A stretch of 64,000 bases of DNA from NCBI RefSeq assembly GCF_009914755.1, contig NC_060930.1; one strand, written 5' to 3'. A program made the position numbers and the translations under genes. The stretch comes from the human T2T-CHM13v2.0 reference genome, Homo sapiens. How positions within the stretch are numbered: the first letter of the stretch is position 1; every line of letters begins with the position of its first letter. Shown here piece by piece: positions 39,399 through 51,671 of the stretch. Below the pieces are notes generated by a model. It was not told the origin of the DNA. It did not search any database and saw only the letters and a list, made by a program, of their open reading frames with translations.

Positions 39399-39980
39399 AG
39401 TATTAGCAAGAGGTCTCCAGAGGGACAGAACCAATAAGTTATATGTATATATATTAAAGGTATTTTATTAGAATTGGCTCACAAGATTACAAGGTAAAGT
39501 CCCACAATAGACTATCTGCAAGCTGGGGAAGGAGAGAAACCCATAGTGCCTAAGTCCAAGTCCAAAAGCCTCAAAATCAAGTAAGCTAACAGTGCAGCCC
39601 TTTGTCTGCTGCCAAAGGCCCAAGAACCCGCAAGAAGTCACTGGTGCAAGTCCCAGAGTCCAAAGATCGAAGAGCCTGGAATCTGATGTCTAAGGGCAAG
39701 AGGAGTGGAAGCAAACATCTGGCATGGAAAGAAGAAAGAGAGCCAGAATACTCACCAAGTAAATGTATCTCACCTTCTTCCACTTGCCTTGTTCTAGCTG
39801 CACTGGCGGCCGATTAGATGGTGCCCACCTACATTGAGGGTGGGTCTTCCTCTCCCAGTCTGCCAACTCAACTATCAATCTCAGGCAATGCCCTCATAGA
39901 CTCACACAGAAGCAATACTTTACCAGCCATCTAGGTATCCCTCAATTCAATCAAGTTGACACCTAATATTATTCATCACA
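39399..39980 (-). mobile_element. MLT2 (ERVL) solo LTR
   Basis: 'gtattagcaagaggtctccagagggacagaaccaata...caatcaagttgacacctaatattattcatcaca'. Confidence 0.88.
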
Positions 39981-40477
39981 ACATATGTGTAATGGATTTA
40001 CTTTAGCCATCATCTCTAAAGCCATAGTGTGCAACTATGTGGTAATCAATTATTTGTATCTCATCCAAAGATATTTCCATTTCCCTGGTTCATTTTATGT
40101 TCGTCATTTGTAAATCTGACATTCTCTTTAGGGTGTAAATTTTTAATAATGAGCATTGCAAATGGAATTCTACACATTTGCTTAGATGTCATGGAATAGC
40201 TGAAGAGAGCTTGGGCTTTTAATAGGCAGACTTGCTCCCAAGAGGGTGAAGAGTAAGACAAAAGATGTTTGTGCCTAGTTGTTTCCCTGTGCTTACAAAT
40301 CAAATGAATCATTCTATTTCCTTAGGGGCAAATTAAATGAAAAAAAAAAAAAACAAAAAACAGAGAAAGGCCTATTGGTATTTTGTGGAAGTTCTGTATT
40401 ATGGCCTTTGGTTGCCATGATTAGAGGAAGTATCATTCTATAATTTTAAGGAATTTTTAAAATCTTAAATAATGAAA

Positions 40478-40613
40478 CAGGAAAGGAAACTGATTCTCTC
40501 TTGAAAGCTCCAGAAGGAGTGCAGCACTTCTGGCACCTAGACTTTAGACTTCTGACCTAAACTCACATTGCTTCAAGCCTCTGAATTTATTCAGAGCAAT
40601 AGGGAACTAATAT
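40478..40613 (+). mobile_element. MLT1 LTR 3' fragment
   Basis: 'ggaaactgattctctcttgaaagctccagaaggagtgcagc...agcaatagggaactaata'. Confidence 0.7.
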
Positions 40614-41097
40614 AATATTCCATTTTGATTTTATAAATCACTGGGTCTGAATCTAAAATATTTTCATAATTGGCAAATCCTGTAACGTGCATGTAATTTT
40701 AATCCTGTTGTGTTATTAGGGTCAACAGAGACATTTGTTGTAGTCTCTCTGTAACAGATGCCTACCCTCCTCATTCTTGAGCAGATTCTTTATTTTTAAG
40801 AGGCTGTAATGAAACGAAATTATGATGTAAGTTTATTATGTATATTCTCAGTGATAACACTTAACTATAATTTATTAAATAGAACTGATTATGTCTCCAA
40901 AAAGAAATTTTAGACTGTCAGAGTATATTTCTTATGGAAGAATAAAAGCATTAGTTTTTGATCCAAAACATAATATTACTTCATTTGACTTTGATCAAAT
41001 GTCAAGAAAGTTATAATATATCTACTTTAATCAGCTTATTTGTTTAACATTTGTTAGACAACTTATTGAAACGGGTTTATTGCTTTGACTAAATTCC

Positions 41098-41452
41098 TCA
41101 TATGGTTTGGCTTTGAGTCCAAATCTCATGTCAAATTGTAATCCCCACGTCAGGAGAGGGACCAGGTGGGAGGTAATTGGATCATGGGAGTGGGTTCTCC
41201 CTATGCTGTTCTCATGATAGTGAGTGAATTATCACAAGACATGATGGTTTAAGACGTGTAGTACTTCCGCCTTTGCTCTCTCTCCTGATGCCTTGTGAAG
41301 AAGGTGTTTGCTGCTTCTTCACCTTCTGCCATGATTGTGTTTCCTGAGGCCTCCCCAACCATGCAGAACTCTGAGTCAACTAAACCTCTTTTCTTTATAA
41401 ATTACCCAGTCTCAGGTAGTACTTTATAGCAGTGTGAAAACAGACTAATACA
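41098..41452 (+). mobile_element. THE1D/MSTA solo LTR
   Basis: 355-bp MaLR LTR ending GACTAATACA; perfect 5-bp TSD ATTCC (41093-97, 41453-57). Confidence 0.92.
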
Positions 41453-41553
41453 ATTCCCACTTTATTAAAACAATACACAGAATTGATTTTAAACCTGAGT
41501 GAATAATTTAAATAATTATATTTGCATTTTATAGATTTAGTCTTAATATTTTA

Positions 41554-44500
41554 TTTTTTTGAATAGTCCAAATGTTTTAATAATCTCAATTAAAATAAAT
41601 GTATTAAATTTCCCAGAGCTGGTTTGATTAAGGAAAATAGAAGTCAATTATAGAGGATATGAGAAAAAGTAAAGTATTTCAGTTATAAAAGGCAGAACTC
41701 AACAATAGTCATGTAATGCTTACATTTCAGGAACTGATTAAATGAACAATAAGATAGGAATGTAGAAGGCAGAAAGTTTGAACAATTAACAAGCTAAATC
41801 CAAAAAAACCTGTACCCAAAACAGGCAAAGCACCCCTCTACCCACCCAAAACTCATAGAATATTTACAAATATTGACCATATAATTCCATAAAATAGAAA
41901 CCATACAGGCTATATTATATCTCCTTAGAAATTTTAAATACACTTGGAATCTGAAATACCCGTTAAAAATAAACAATAGTCACCATAGCTAAAGACTGTC
42001 AGACATACTGCCAAGGGAGTACTCAGAAGTATTTTCAGTCCTAAATACATTGATTATCAGGAAACAAGAAAAACGGAAAATAAAACTGTTTATATAATAT
42101 ACCTTAAGGCAGTGTGGGGATCAACAACATCCCTGGAGATATGGTCATCAATGAAAGTAGTCCAGGAGTCCGTGAATTCATTTATTAACCATAAGCCTAT
42201 AAAATGTGTATGCTAACTAGTAATAAAAGTACAAACTGTGTTATATTTTAGAATATCAACTCAGTTGTAACACTAGTTACTTCATCCTGAGTTGGTTGGG
42301 AATCACATCTTTGAATATATCAAAATTAAACTGAGTTCCTTGAAGTCAGACATGGCCTTATTTATTTGTATACCTTTAATATAGGCACAATAGAGGTACA
42401 CAGAGTAAGCACTCAACAGTGTTATATGAATTGAATTAGTTAATGTATGAGGCAGATAATTTCCCAAAATATGGGGCTCACTGGAGGAGTAGGGTGAAAC
42501 AGAATAAACAGATCTGTATGGTGGGTACAAGGCTGGAAAACACTGGCTAAACATGAATCTTCATCTCAGGTCTGTGACGTCACTAGGGTCACATGCCAGG
42601 TGTTCCAAGATTCTGGAGAGGATTTTACCAACATGGAGGAGCTCTCAGCTTTCTTACCTTTCTTCCTTGACAGCAAGATTCATGAACTTCAATAATCACA
42701 ATGTTAAGAAAAGTTAATCTTCAACTATAACAGACTAATTTTTTAAAAATTTAGTCCCTTTTAGCTGTATGTCAAAAGGGCAGACCAATAGCTACAGCTA
42801 GTACAATGACTAGAACACAAGCTCAAATTCCCTGGTATTATAGGAGACAAGAAGATCTCAGTAGCTTTCATTTTCTTTACAATTTTTAAAAAGCTTCAAT
42901 TAAGTACTTCAATTGTATCTAAACATAAAACAGAGGCCCCATCTGTATTAATATTTTAAACATTCAATATTTGAGCTATGTAACTCGTGCTAGTAGGTGA
43001 ACATAAACATGTCTTAAATAAGGAATATTTACATTTCGAAACCTTCTGATTGTATTAATTTGATCTGGTTTATTTTTAAAATATTCCCCCCTGCTACAGA
43101 ACATCTTCCTTTTCTGCATTAAAAACAAAATGGCTGTATTTCTCTGCCCAACTTTGCTTAGCTGAATCAATCCTTTTAAAAGCTTTCTTTACTGCTAAAC
43201 CTATCTTCAATTCTTAACTGACACAACATCAGTCATTTTTACATGAGAACAATACATTAAAATAAATACAAAGAAAAAATTCTCCCAGCAAATACTAGAT
43301 TCAATCCCAACAATACAGACACAGTCTTAAAAAATCAGTTATGTATTTATTTGCATAGAACCAAAGGAAAGACTTAAAATTCCAACATACATCCTACGAG
43401 GCTTACAATTTAATTACAAATCCAGTTTTGAGGGAAAAAAGGGTTTTGGTTTTCCTCTACTAATGAGGATGATACTGTTTCACATGCTTCAGTTATGTAT
43501 GCTGAAACACCAGACGCCTATACATCTTTACTTTTCGCAGAATTAGTATCCAGTCCAAAAAAGTCTTCTTTGATGATGTACCGAACACACTGCAAAATCA
43601 CATTTCTTTCATGTCGAATGTCCGGAGCTAGAAGCATTTCCAAGAGATATAGATGGTGTGTTCTTGGTTCGAATAACGTTTGATAGTTGTGATAATCTTT
43701 TTTCCTCTTAGGGTTTGTCTTTTCAAAAATTTTCTTTCGGTTCTCACTCTTGGCTTCTGAAAAATTTCTAACAGTTGCTTTAACATCTTGACTTGGACTC
43801 TTAGAAGCACTGCTATCAAGAACCTGGTTTTCTGCCAAAACGTCTGCTTCAGTCTTGATGGGAGTTTCTTCTGGCTCACTCTCTGACCCCGAAAGACTGC
43901 CATAGCTACTCATTAGTGAGCATAGGGCTGGTGTCACTTCCTTGGGTATCACAGAATGTTGTGGTTTCTCCTCCTTATCAGACTCAGAATCACTGTTTAT
44001 CAAAACACCAAGAGGATCTGCATTTGCCTCAGGTGGACCTTCTGGCTTCAAATCACACAAGTGATTGCCTGATCCAGTGACTGCTCTCTGTCTATAATTG
44101 TTTTTTCATTTCTGATTCTCGCCAGGACTTCTGATATTTGCCATTTGTGAATGTCTGGACATCCCCTTCATCTTGCCATATTGTGTTGTTGTCAGTACTG
44201 CTCATCTCTTCTCCTTTTCAAGTTTTAACTTCTTCTTCCTTTCAATATTGGCCAGAGTTGGCTAGTTTTTCCTTCTTTCTCCCCTCCACCGTGCAATTTC
44301 CTCTGGAGTGTCTAACTTGATCTTCTTCATGCCAGGAGCATGCATATTTCTCCAATGGAACTGGACAATCTTCTTGTGTGCAGTAAAAGAGCAATCTACT
44401 TCAGGGCATTTTGTATGTTCAGACATGTGTTTGTCATACTTTTCTCGATTTTTAAAACCACGATCACAGGTATCACAAAAAAAGTGAAAAACTGGTTCCT

Positions 44501-45035
44501 TTCTTTTCTTTTTTTTCTGTTTTCTACTGGGAGGTAAGCTGAAGTCTGTGAATTTTGCATCATACTTTCGTGGATAATAAGAATTTTTAACTGAAGGGTT
44601 GAAGGACTTCTGATGCCGAGGAAACCTATCAGAAGACTGTCTCCAATACCACGATGTGGAAGCATGGAAATTCCAAGGCTGGCCGCTGGGTTGAGGCTGA
44701 GAATCAAGGGGGGACTGTGCGTGGAAGGGGGGTTGCGCCCCGGGAAGAAGCTGGGCGTCAAAGAGGGGCGGAGCCCTGGGGAGAGACTGGGCCTCTATGG
44801 GGGGCTGCGAGAGGAAGCCTTTGACCCGGCTGCGGGAAGCGAGGACGTAAGCGGTGGTGGCGGTGGCGGCAGAATTGCCCAGAACATCCAGCTGTCCCGC
44901 GGCGGGGCAGTGTCGGTCAGGGGCCCTAACGTGGGAGTCAGCCCGGGAGATGCAGGCCACCCGATAGGAGTCGCGAAATCACTAGTCGGCTCAGCCATAC
45001 CACCGGCCGGGTCCGGAGTCTAGCACGCAACTGTC
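41554..45035 (-). pseudogene. NUFIP1P: Processed pseudogene of NUFIP1 (box C/D snoRNP assembly factor); full-length mRNA copy with CDS remnant 43518-44998 and ~2-kb 3' UTR
   Basis: Intronless translation matches NUFIP1 (MAEPTSDF..., C2H2 finger [11 protein letters not shown]...[15 protein letters not shown]-terminus ...NSAKSKDV). Frameshift at ~44810; stops at 44262-64, 44202-04 and 44106-08. ATTAAA (41576-81) then A7 tail. 16-bp TSD TAGTCTTAATATTTTA at 41538-53 and 45036-51. Confidence 0.97.
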
Positions 45036-45288
45036 TAGTCTTAATATTTTAGAAAGGATAACTTATCAAAATGAAATCTGGATAATTTATAAGCTCAAAT
45101 AAATATATTCAAGAGGTTCAGTTATTGATGAGTTGTTTATATTGTTTTAAATACCTCTCAAATATTTTCGTAAAATACGTGTGTATACACTGAAATAAGT
45201 AGATACTAATCTTATCCATTTATTCAACTTTTATTTGCTGAGCACATCATCTGCCCCAGGCACTACTATTCTAATTGATATAAATAAG

Positions 45289-45327
45289 CATTTCCTGGGA
45301 ATGGTACATTTCCTGGGAATGGTACAT
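45289..45327. repeat. Perfect 18-bp tandem duplication
   Basis: CATTTCCTGGGAATGGTA x2 followed by CAT. Confidence 0.95.
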
Positions 45328-46234
45328 GTTTTCTCTCAACTCACAGTATAGAAAGGGAGACGTGCATATATCACAAAGTATTGAATGCTACTTGAAATTT
45401 CATCATCAACATTGTATGATAAGAATGACAATATTAAGAGTTACTAATATTAGTACTTACCAATTATAAATGTGCTCCTACCAGATATTAGCATCTTATG
45501 TCACTCATTCTTTGCTAAATAAATGCATTATCTCATTAAACCTTTTTAATAATCTTGTCAAAGTAGTATGATTTATTCCATTTTGTAGATGAACAAAATT
45601 AGACTCATAAAAGTGACATTACTAGGAAATGTTTACACACCTAAAAAGGAATAACAATGGGGTTTGGAGGCAAAACATGAGCTTTCAAAGCCCTAACTTT
45701 CAGCTTCAATAACATGTAGCCTCAAATTACAGTTGATCTACAAAGATCAAACTACAGTTGATCTTTTTTGCTGAGAGTATCAAAAAAGAATAAACAATTC
45801 TGACTAACGGTATATTTGGGTCTTCTATAATGGAATAGATGGTTTGGAATTTATAATTCAGGCAATGAGAAGTCATTGGAATATTTCAAATAAGAATCAG
45901 ACCTAATTGAACATTTTAATTAAATAAAGATTATCTTATATAATACCATGTCACATTGTATTTTGTCATATTATGTCATATCAGAAGGCATTAGAGAAAT
46001 AATTCATAAAACAGAGGGAAAGGAAGGACAGAGAAGCATGTTGACAGTGACAGCTGATGGAGAGAATAGCAATAGGCATATTGCTAGCACAAAGTCACAG
46101 CCAAAGAATAATGGAGTTACTCTCTTAAGTATGGTACATATACCCAATTTCTTTTTCTTTTTTTTTTTTAAGATTTTATAATTGAAGTTCATCTTAATAC
46201 TTTTTTTTTTTTTTGCTAGAAACTGGTTAATCTC

Positions 46235-47754
46235 TTTTATTTTATTTTATTTTATTTTTTTATTGATCATTCTTAGGTGTTTCTCACAGAGGGGGATTTG
46301 GCAGAGTCATAGGACAATAGTGGAGGGAGGGTCAGCAGATAAACAAGTGAACACAGGTCTCTGGTTTTCCTAGGCAGAGGACCCTGCGGCCTTCCGCAGT
46401 GTTTGTGTCCCTGGGTACTTGAGATTAGGCAGTGGTGATGACTCAAGGAGCATGCTGCCTTAAAGCATCTGTTTAACAAAGCACATCTTGCACCGCCCTT
46501 AATCCATTTAACCCTGAGTGGACACAGCACATGTTTCAGAGAGCACCAGGTTGGGGGTAAGGTCATAGATCAACAGCATCCCAAGGCAGAAGAATTTTTC
46601 TTAGTACAGAACAAAATGGAGTCTCCTATGGCTACTTCTTTCTACACAGACACAGCAACAATCTGATTTCTGTATCTTTTCCCCACATTTCCCCCTTTTC
46701 TATTTGACAAAACCGCCATCGTCATCATGGCCCATTCTCAATGAGCTGTTGGGCACACCTCCCAGATGGGATGGCCGCCAGGCAGAGGGGCTCCTCACTT
46801 CCCAGAAGGGGCGGCCTGGAAGAGGCGCCCCCCCAACCTCCCGGACGGGGCAGCGGCTGGGCGGAGGTGCCCCCCACCTCCCGGACGGGGGGGCTGGCCC
46901 CCACCTCCCTCCCGGACGGGGCGGCTGGCTGGGCGGGAGCTGCCCTCCACCTCCCGGATGGGGCGGCTGCCGGGCAGAGACGCTCCTCACTTCCCAGACG
47001 GTGAGGCTGCCGGGCGGAGGGGCTCCTCACTTCTCAGACGGGGTGGCTCCCAGGCAGAGGTGCTCCTCACATCCCAGATGGGCTGGTGGGGCAGAGGCAC
47101 TACCCACATCTCAGACGATGGGCGGCCAGGCAGAGACGCTCCTCACTTCCTAGAGGGCATGGCGGCCGGGAAGAGGCGCTGCTCACTTCCCAGACTGGGC
47201 AGCCGGGCAGAGGGGCTCCTCACATCCCAGACGATGGGCGGCCAGGCAGAGACGCTCCTCACTTCCCAGATGGGGTGGCGGCCGGGCAGAGGCTGCAATC
47301 TTGGCACTTTGGGAGGCCAAGGCAGGCGGCTGGGAGGTGGAGGTTGTAGCTAGCCGAGATCACGCCACTGCACTCCAGCCTGGGCAACATTGAGCACTGA
47401 GTGAACGAGACTCCTTCTGCAATCCCGGCACCTCGGGAGGCCGAGGCTGGCAGATTACTCGCGGTTAGGAGCTGGAGACCAGCCCAGCCAACACAGCGAA
47501 ACCCCATCTCCACCAAAAAAATACGAAAACTAGTTAGGCGTGGCGGTGCGCGCCTGCAATCGCAGGCACTCGGCAGGCTGAGGCAGGAGAATCAGGCAGG
47601 GAGGCTGCAGTGAGCCGAGATGGCAGCAGTACAGCCCAGTTTCTGCTCGGCATCAGAGGGAGACCGTGGAAAGAGAGGGAGAGGGAGACCGTGAGGGAGA
47701 CAGAGAAGAGGGAGAGGGAGAGGGAGAGGGAGAAGGAGAGGGAGAGGGAGAGGG
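46235..47754 (-). mobile_element. Full-length SVA (probably an older B/C-like subfamily); insertion may extend to ~46158
   Basis: (CCCTCT)n hexamer to 47754, Alu-like domain ~47290-47660, short VNTR ~46770-47290, SINE-R 46262-46770 ending AATGATCAATAAA, and tail 46235-46261. Confidence 0.97.
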
Positions 47755-47951
47755 CTATTTTTCTTGAAAGTTAAAATATGTGAAGACCTTCAACTTAACA
47801 ACACAATATAATATATTGAATCATTTTAAGAAATATTCATTGAATGCTGTTTTGTGTACCAGGCAATAATTGCTGAGGAAAATCAGTAGAAAAAAGAAAA
47901 AACATCTTGTCCTCCAGGTATAATATTTCACGTATTGAAAATTTAAGTTAG

Positions 47952-48444
47952 TGTTAAAGAAAAAAAATGCAGTGCCACTTGCTAAAGCACCATATAGAAG
48001 ACTTATTCAAGGTTGGTGATGAAGGCTACTGATACTGGTGTTGGGATCATTGCAATGGAATTTTGCTGTGGAATAAAGAGATTGACCTCAGCTCTAAATA
48101 CAGCATGGGGCAGTGGAAATTCATAGCCAAGGAACAGAGAGGTGGTCAGCAGATGGAAAATTGCAGAGGAAGCCTCAATCATAAGGGAGATTCTAACCAA
48201 AATAACCTAACTGAACTCTTGCTGAAGACAGGCTGGAGTAATTCGATATCATCAGGGAGATTGTGAAGGATAAAGAACCTGATCGGATATTGAGGATAAT
48301 CAGATATAAAGGGTGGAGTGTTCTTGCTAAACTGAGTTTGTTAGGATTCTTGCTAAAATTGGTCTTTACAAGGAAGTGCACAGATGGGACGAGGATAGGA
48401 TTTAGGAGAACGACTAGAGTTTGGTCAAACAAAGAATCTTACTA
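47952..48444 (-). mobile_element. MER67-like (ERV1) solo LTR
   Basis: 'tgttaaagaaaaaa...cacttgctaaagcac...ctcagctctaaatacagcatg...gactagagtttggtcaa' matches the recalled antisense MER67. Confidence 0.75.
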
Positions 48445-48449
48445 GTTAC

Positions 48450-49880
48450 TGAGAAGTACTTCCAGAATGGCATTTTAATGAACCCCAAGATTCTACTTCT
48501 TCCTTAAAAGCAATGAGAGTACTGGCAAAAATTATCAAAATCAACTTTCAGAACTCTGAATATTAACAATGGACTTACAACAATCTGAGGAGCATTTAAC
48601 TGTGGAAACCTGATTTTTAGGGTTAGTGTTAATTGATCTAATTCAGATTTTGTTGAGTGTAAGCAGCCTTTCTCCTAGGGCATTTGGTGATAACAATCTG
48701 TGGCAATTATTTAATATCACAGCTGATTAGGGTGCGATAACAAAACAAAAGGCCAAACAAAAAACTAAACTGAAAATTGAGATGCCTGTATGAGATTTGA
48801 ACAGTTGAGATCTATTCCTAGAAATCTGGAAGTTCATGTGCATGTGCAGGGCTAGGCACCTGCTCAGGAATGACAGACTAAATGACCTACAAAACACTGA
48901 TCTTTCACCTCTAGCTGACTTAGAGTCTTTTCACAAGCAGAAAATGAACACTAAAGAAAAGTTAAAAATTACCTGCCAGAATGTTGAAGATATGCTACAA
49001 AATACATGCAACATCCCTAAGAAAAAAAAAAACGAAAATACGTTGTTTTAAGAAACTTAAGGAAACCTCTGTCCAATCATTAGTTGACAAGCTAACTGAG
49101 CAGATTTCAGTGGCCACATGTCACAAAGAATATAGACTTTACAGAATTTAGGAAAGTCACAATAATTATTGAATCATTCAATAAATATTTGTGTTAGGAA
49201 ATTCATGAGTAACAACAGCAACAGAAACAACAACAAATAGCAACAACATCTTCTTGGGAAAGAATTTCAAGAATTGCCAAATTGCATTATATAAAGTGTC
49301 TAGTTTTTAACAAAAACACTCAAGGCATAAAAAAATAGGCATAATCCATCGGCAGTAAAATAAATCATATAAACTGTCCCTGAGAAGCCCAGTTGTTGGA
49401 CTTACTAAATAAAGACATTAAATCAGCAATAATAAGCTAATGTGTCCATACAATGGACATACATATGGAATGTATGTGTCCATACATATCCATACAATGG
49501 AATATTATCTGGCAATGAAAATGGAATGAAGTACTAATACGCATCACAACATGGAGAAACCTTAAAATCATTATAAATGAAAGAAGCTAGTCACCAAAAG
49601 CCACATATTTTATGATTCCATGTATATGAATTACCCAGAATAGGCAATTCACAGAGACTGAAAAACAGATTAGTGATTTGTAGTGCTCTGGGGAGATGGG
49701 AATGAGTAGCGACTGCTAATGCATGTTGGTTTTCTCTTGGGGGTGATGAAAGTACATTAAAATTAAATAGTGGTAATACACTTCAAAAGGGCGTATACAC
49801 TTCAAAAGGGCATATATACTTCAAAAGGGCATATATTATTGCATGTTAATTTAATTATATTTCAATAATGCTGTTTTTTA
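48450..49880 (+). mobile_element. Old L1M 5' region (to ~49435) joined to an L1M 3' end (~49490-49880)
   Basis: 'aactgtccctgagaagcccagttgttggacttacta' then 'ccatacaatggaatattatctggcaatgaaa...gggtgatgaaa...ttcaataa'. Confidence 0.7.
49776..49836. repeat. 19-bp minisatellite, 3 copies
   Basis: ATA(C/T)ACTTCAAAAGGGC(G/A)T x3. Confidence 0.95.
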
Positions 49881-49963
49881 GAAGTCACTATTATTAAAAG
49901 AACACTTCAGGATCATTTTGATGTACAGTTGTAACATGTTTAGGGGATACAGATTAAAAATCA

Positions 49964-51027
49964 ATTACTACCTCATGCAATTGAGTGAAAATAAAAACAC
50001 AAACTGTTTTTCCTCTCTTCCAACACCACAACAAACAACGCAGACTTCTGTGACCAAATGCGTGAAGACTTTTTTCCCACCAATAAATGAGCAATGATTT
50101 CTATTGCCAACACCAGTTGTGTGTCCTTCAATCCAACTCAATTCTGATGTTATCTACTGGGAGATAGCATCAAACCTGGAAGGTTGAGGAAGTCAGTTCC
50201 ACAAGACTGCCCCCCCCCAACTAACTTCTGATGCCAGTCACAAGGCCTAGGTGGTTTTATCTCCACTTCTGACCAATTGGCTCACTGGGAAATCCCACGA
50301 CTCCTTCTGTAGGTTCAATTACTTTGAAAGAGCAGTTCACAGAACCCAGAGAAACTTTTAGTTACATTGAGCAGTTTATTTAAAAGGATAAAATGAAAAA
50401 GGATACAGACGAAGAGATGCATAGTGTGAGGTATACAGGAAAGGTTGTGGAGCTTCCATGCCCTCCCCAGGCATGCCTTCCTCCAGGAACCTGCACATGT
50501 TCAGCTATCCCAGAAGCTCCCTGAGCCCTGTCCTCTTGGGCCTTTTATGAAGAGTTCATTGGATAGCCATGATCAATTCATGGAAAATCATGTCAAAATG
50601 TGATTGGACAAAGGGGTATGTCTGATTTAATACTGACAGACTGATGGGGGACCCAGTGAGGCATGTCTGTTGATACTATTCTTGGTCTCTTCATGCAGCG
50701 TTCCTTCCTCTCAGGTATGGAGCAGGATGCCTTATGAAATGGGGGTCTTATGACCTTCAATCAGATAAGGTAGGTCAGGGAATTTCTTTACAGCCAGGTG
50801 CAAGACAAAAATGTTGGGGGAGACTCTTGCCTTGAGAAGTAAAGCAAAAACAAAAACAAAAACAAAAGTGAACAGGAATGCAGGAGAAGGTCAGAGAGAG
50901 AGAGAGAGAGAGAGACTGTTTTCTGAGGCATGCTTCTGAGGTCTAAAGTGTTCCAACATTATAAAAAGGCTATGGGAGTTATGATCCAGAAACTGTAGAT
51001 GGAAACAAATATGTATATAATATCACA
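49964..51027 (-). mobile_element. MER21-family LTR with internal (GA)n
   Basis: 'gacttctgtgaccaaatg...gagatagcatca...gttccacaagactgcccc...ggctatgggagttatga...atatcaca'. Confidence 0.8.
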
Positions 51028-51261
51028 ACAATGCATGATTTTATACAGTGTTCAGTTTAATATCATATTATGTTCAATTTGGGTAACAAAGGTAAATGAT
51101 ATGTGGAAATTTCAATCCCCATCAATATTAACTATTCCATCCCTCTATGATATGACCTTGGTTTCCTGGTGGGTGAATTACAAATTAGTCAACATATATA
51201 AATATCCTTAAATTCTTGAAGATTGCTTGGGTTCAAATAAGACATTAATAGCCTGACTTCA

Positions 51262-51633
51262 TGTCTTAGTTCCTTTCAGCTGCTGTAACAAAATATGATA
51301 AACTTGTTAGCTTATTAATAACAGATATTTATTTCTCATAGTTCTGGATACTGGGAGGTCCAAGATCAAGGCACCAGCAGATTTGCTATCTAGTGAGGAC
51401 TCACATTGTTGTTCATAGAGGGAGTCTCCTAGCTGTACCCTCACATGGTGGCAGGAGCAAATTAGCTCAGATCCCTTGGGCCTCTTTTATAAGGGCACTA
51501 ATCCCACTTATGAGGTATCTGCCTTTTATGACTTCATCATCTCCAAAAAGGCCCCACCCTCTAATACCATTGCAGTGGTGATTAGGTTTCAACATATGAA
51601 TTTTGGGAGGACACAAACATGAAGACCATAGCA
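51262..51633 (-). mobile_element. MLT1A-type solo LTR
   Basis: TGTCTTAGT...GCTGTAACAAAAT...GACCATAGCA; TSD cttca/ctgca. Confidence 0.88.
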
Positions 51634-51671
51634 CTGCAGATTTCTCCTTCTAGTCTATCTACCTGTGTCTG

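Noticed and set aside
43518-44998. Functional NUFIP1 gene
   Set aside because: Intronless, flanked by a TSD, with a frameshift and three in-frame stops.
44613-45023. 136-aa plus-strand ORF
   Set aside because: Antisense shadow of the GC-rich NUFIP1 5' coding region.
46273-47613. Cluster of 70-195 aa Pro/Gly/Arg-rich ORFs
   Set aside because: Stop-poor frames of the SVA VNTR and Alu-like domains.
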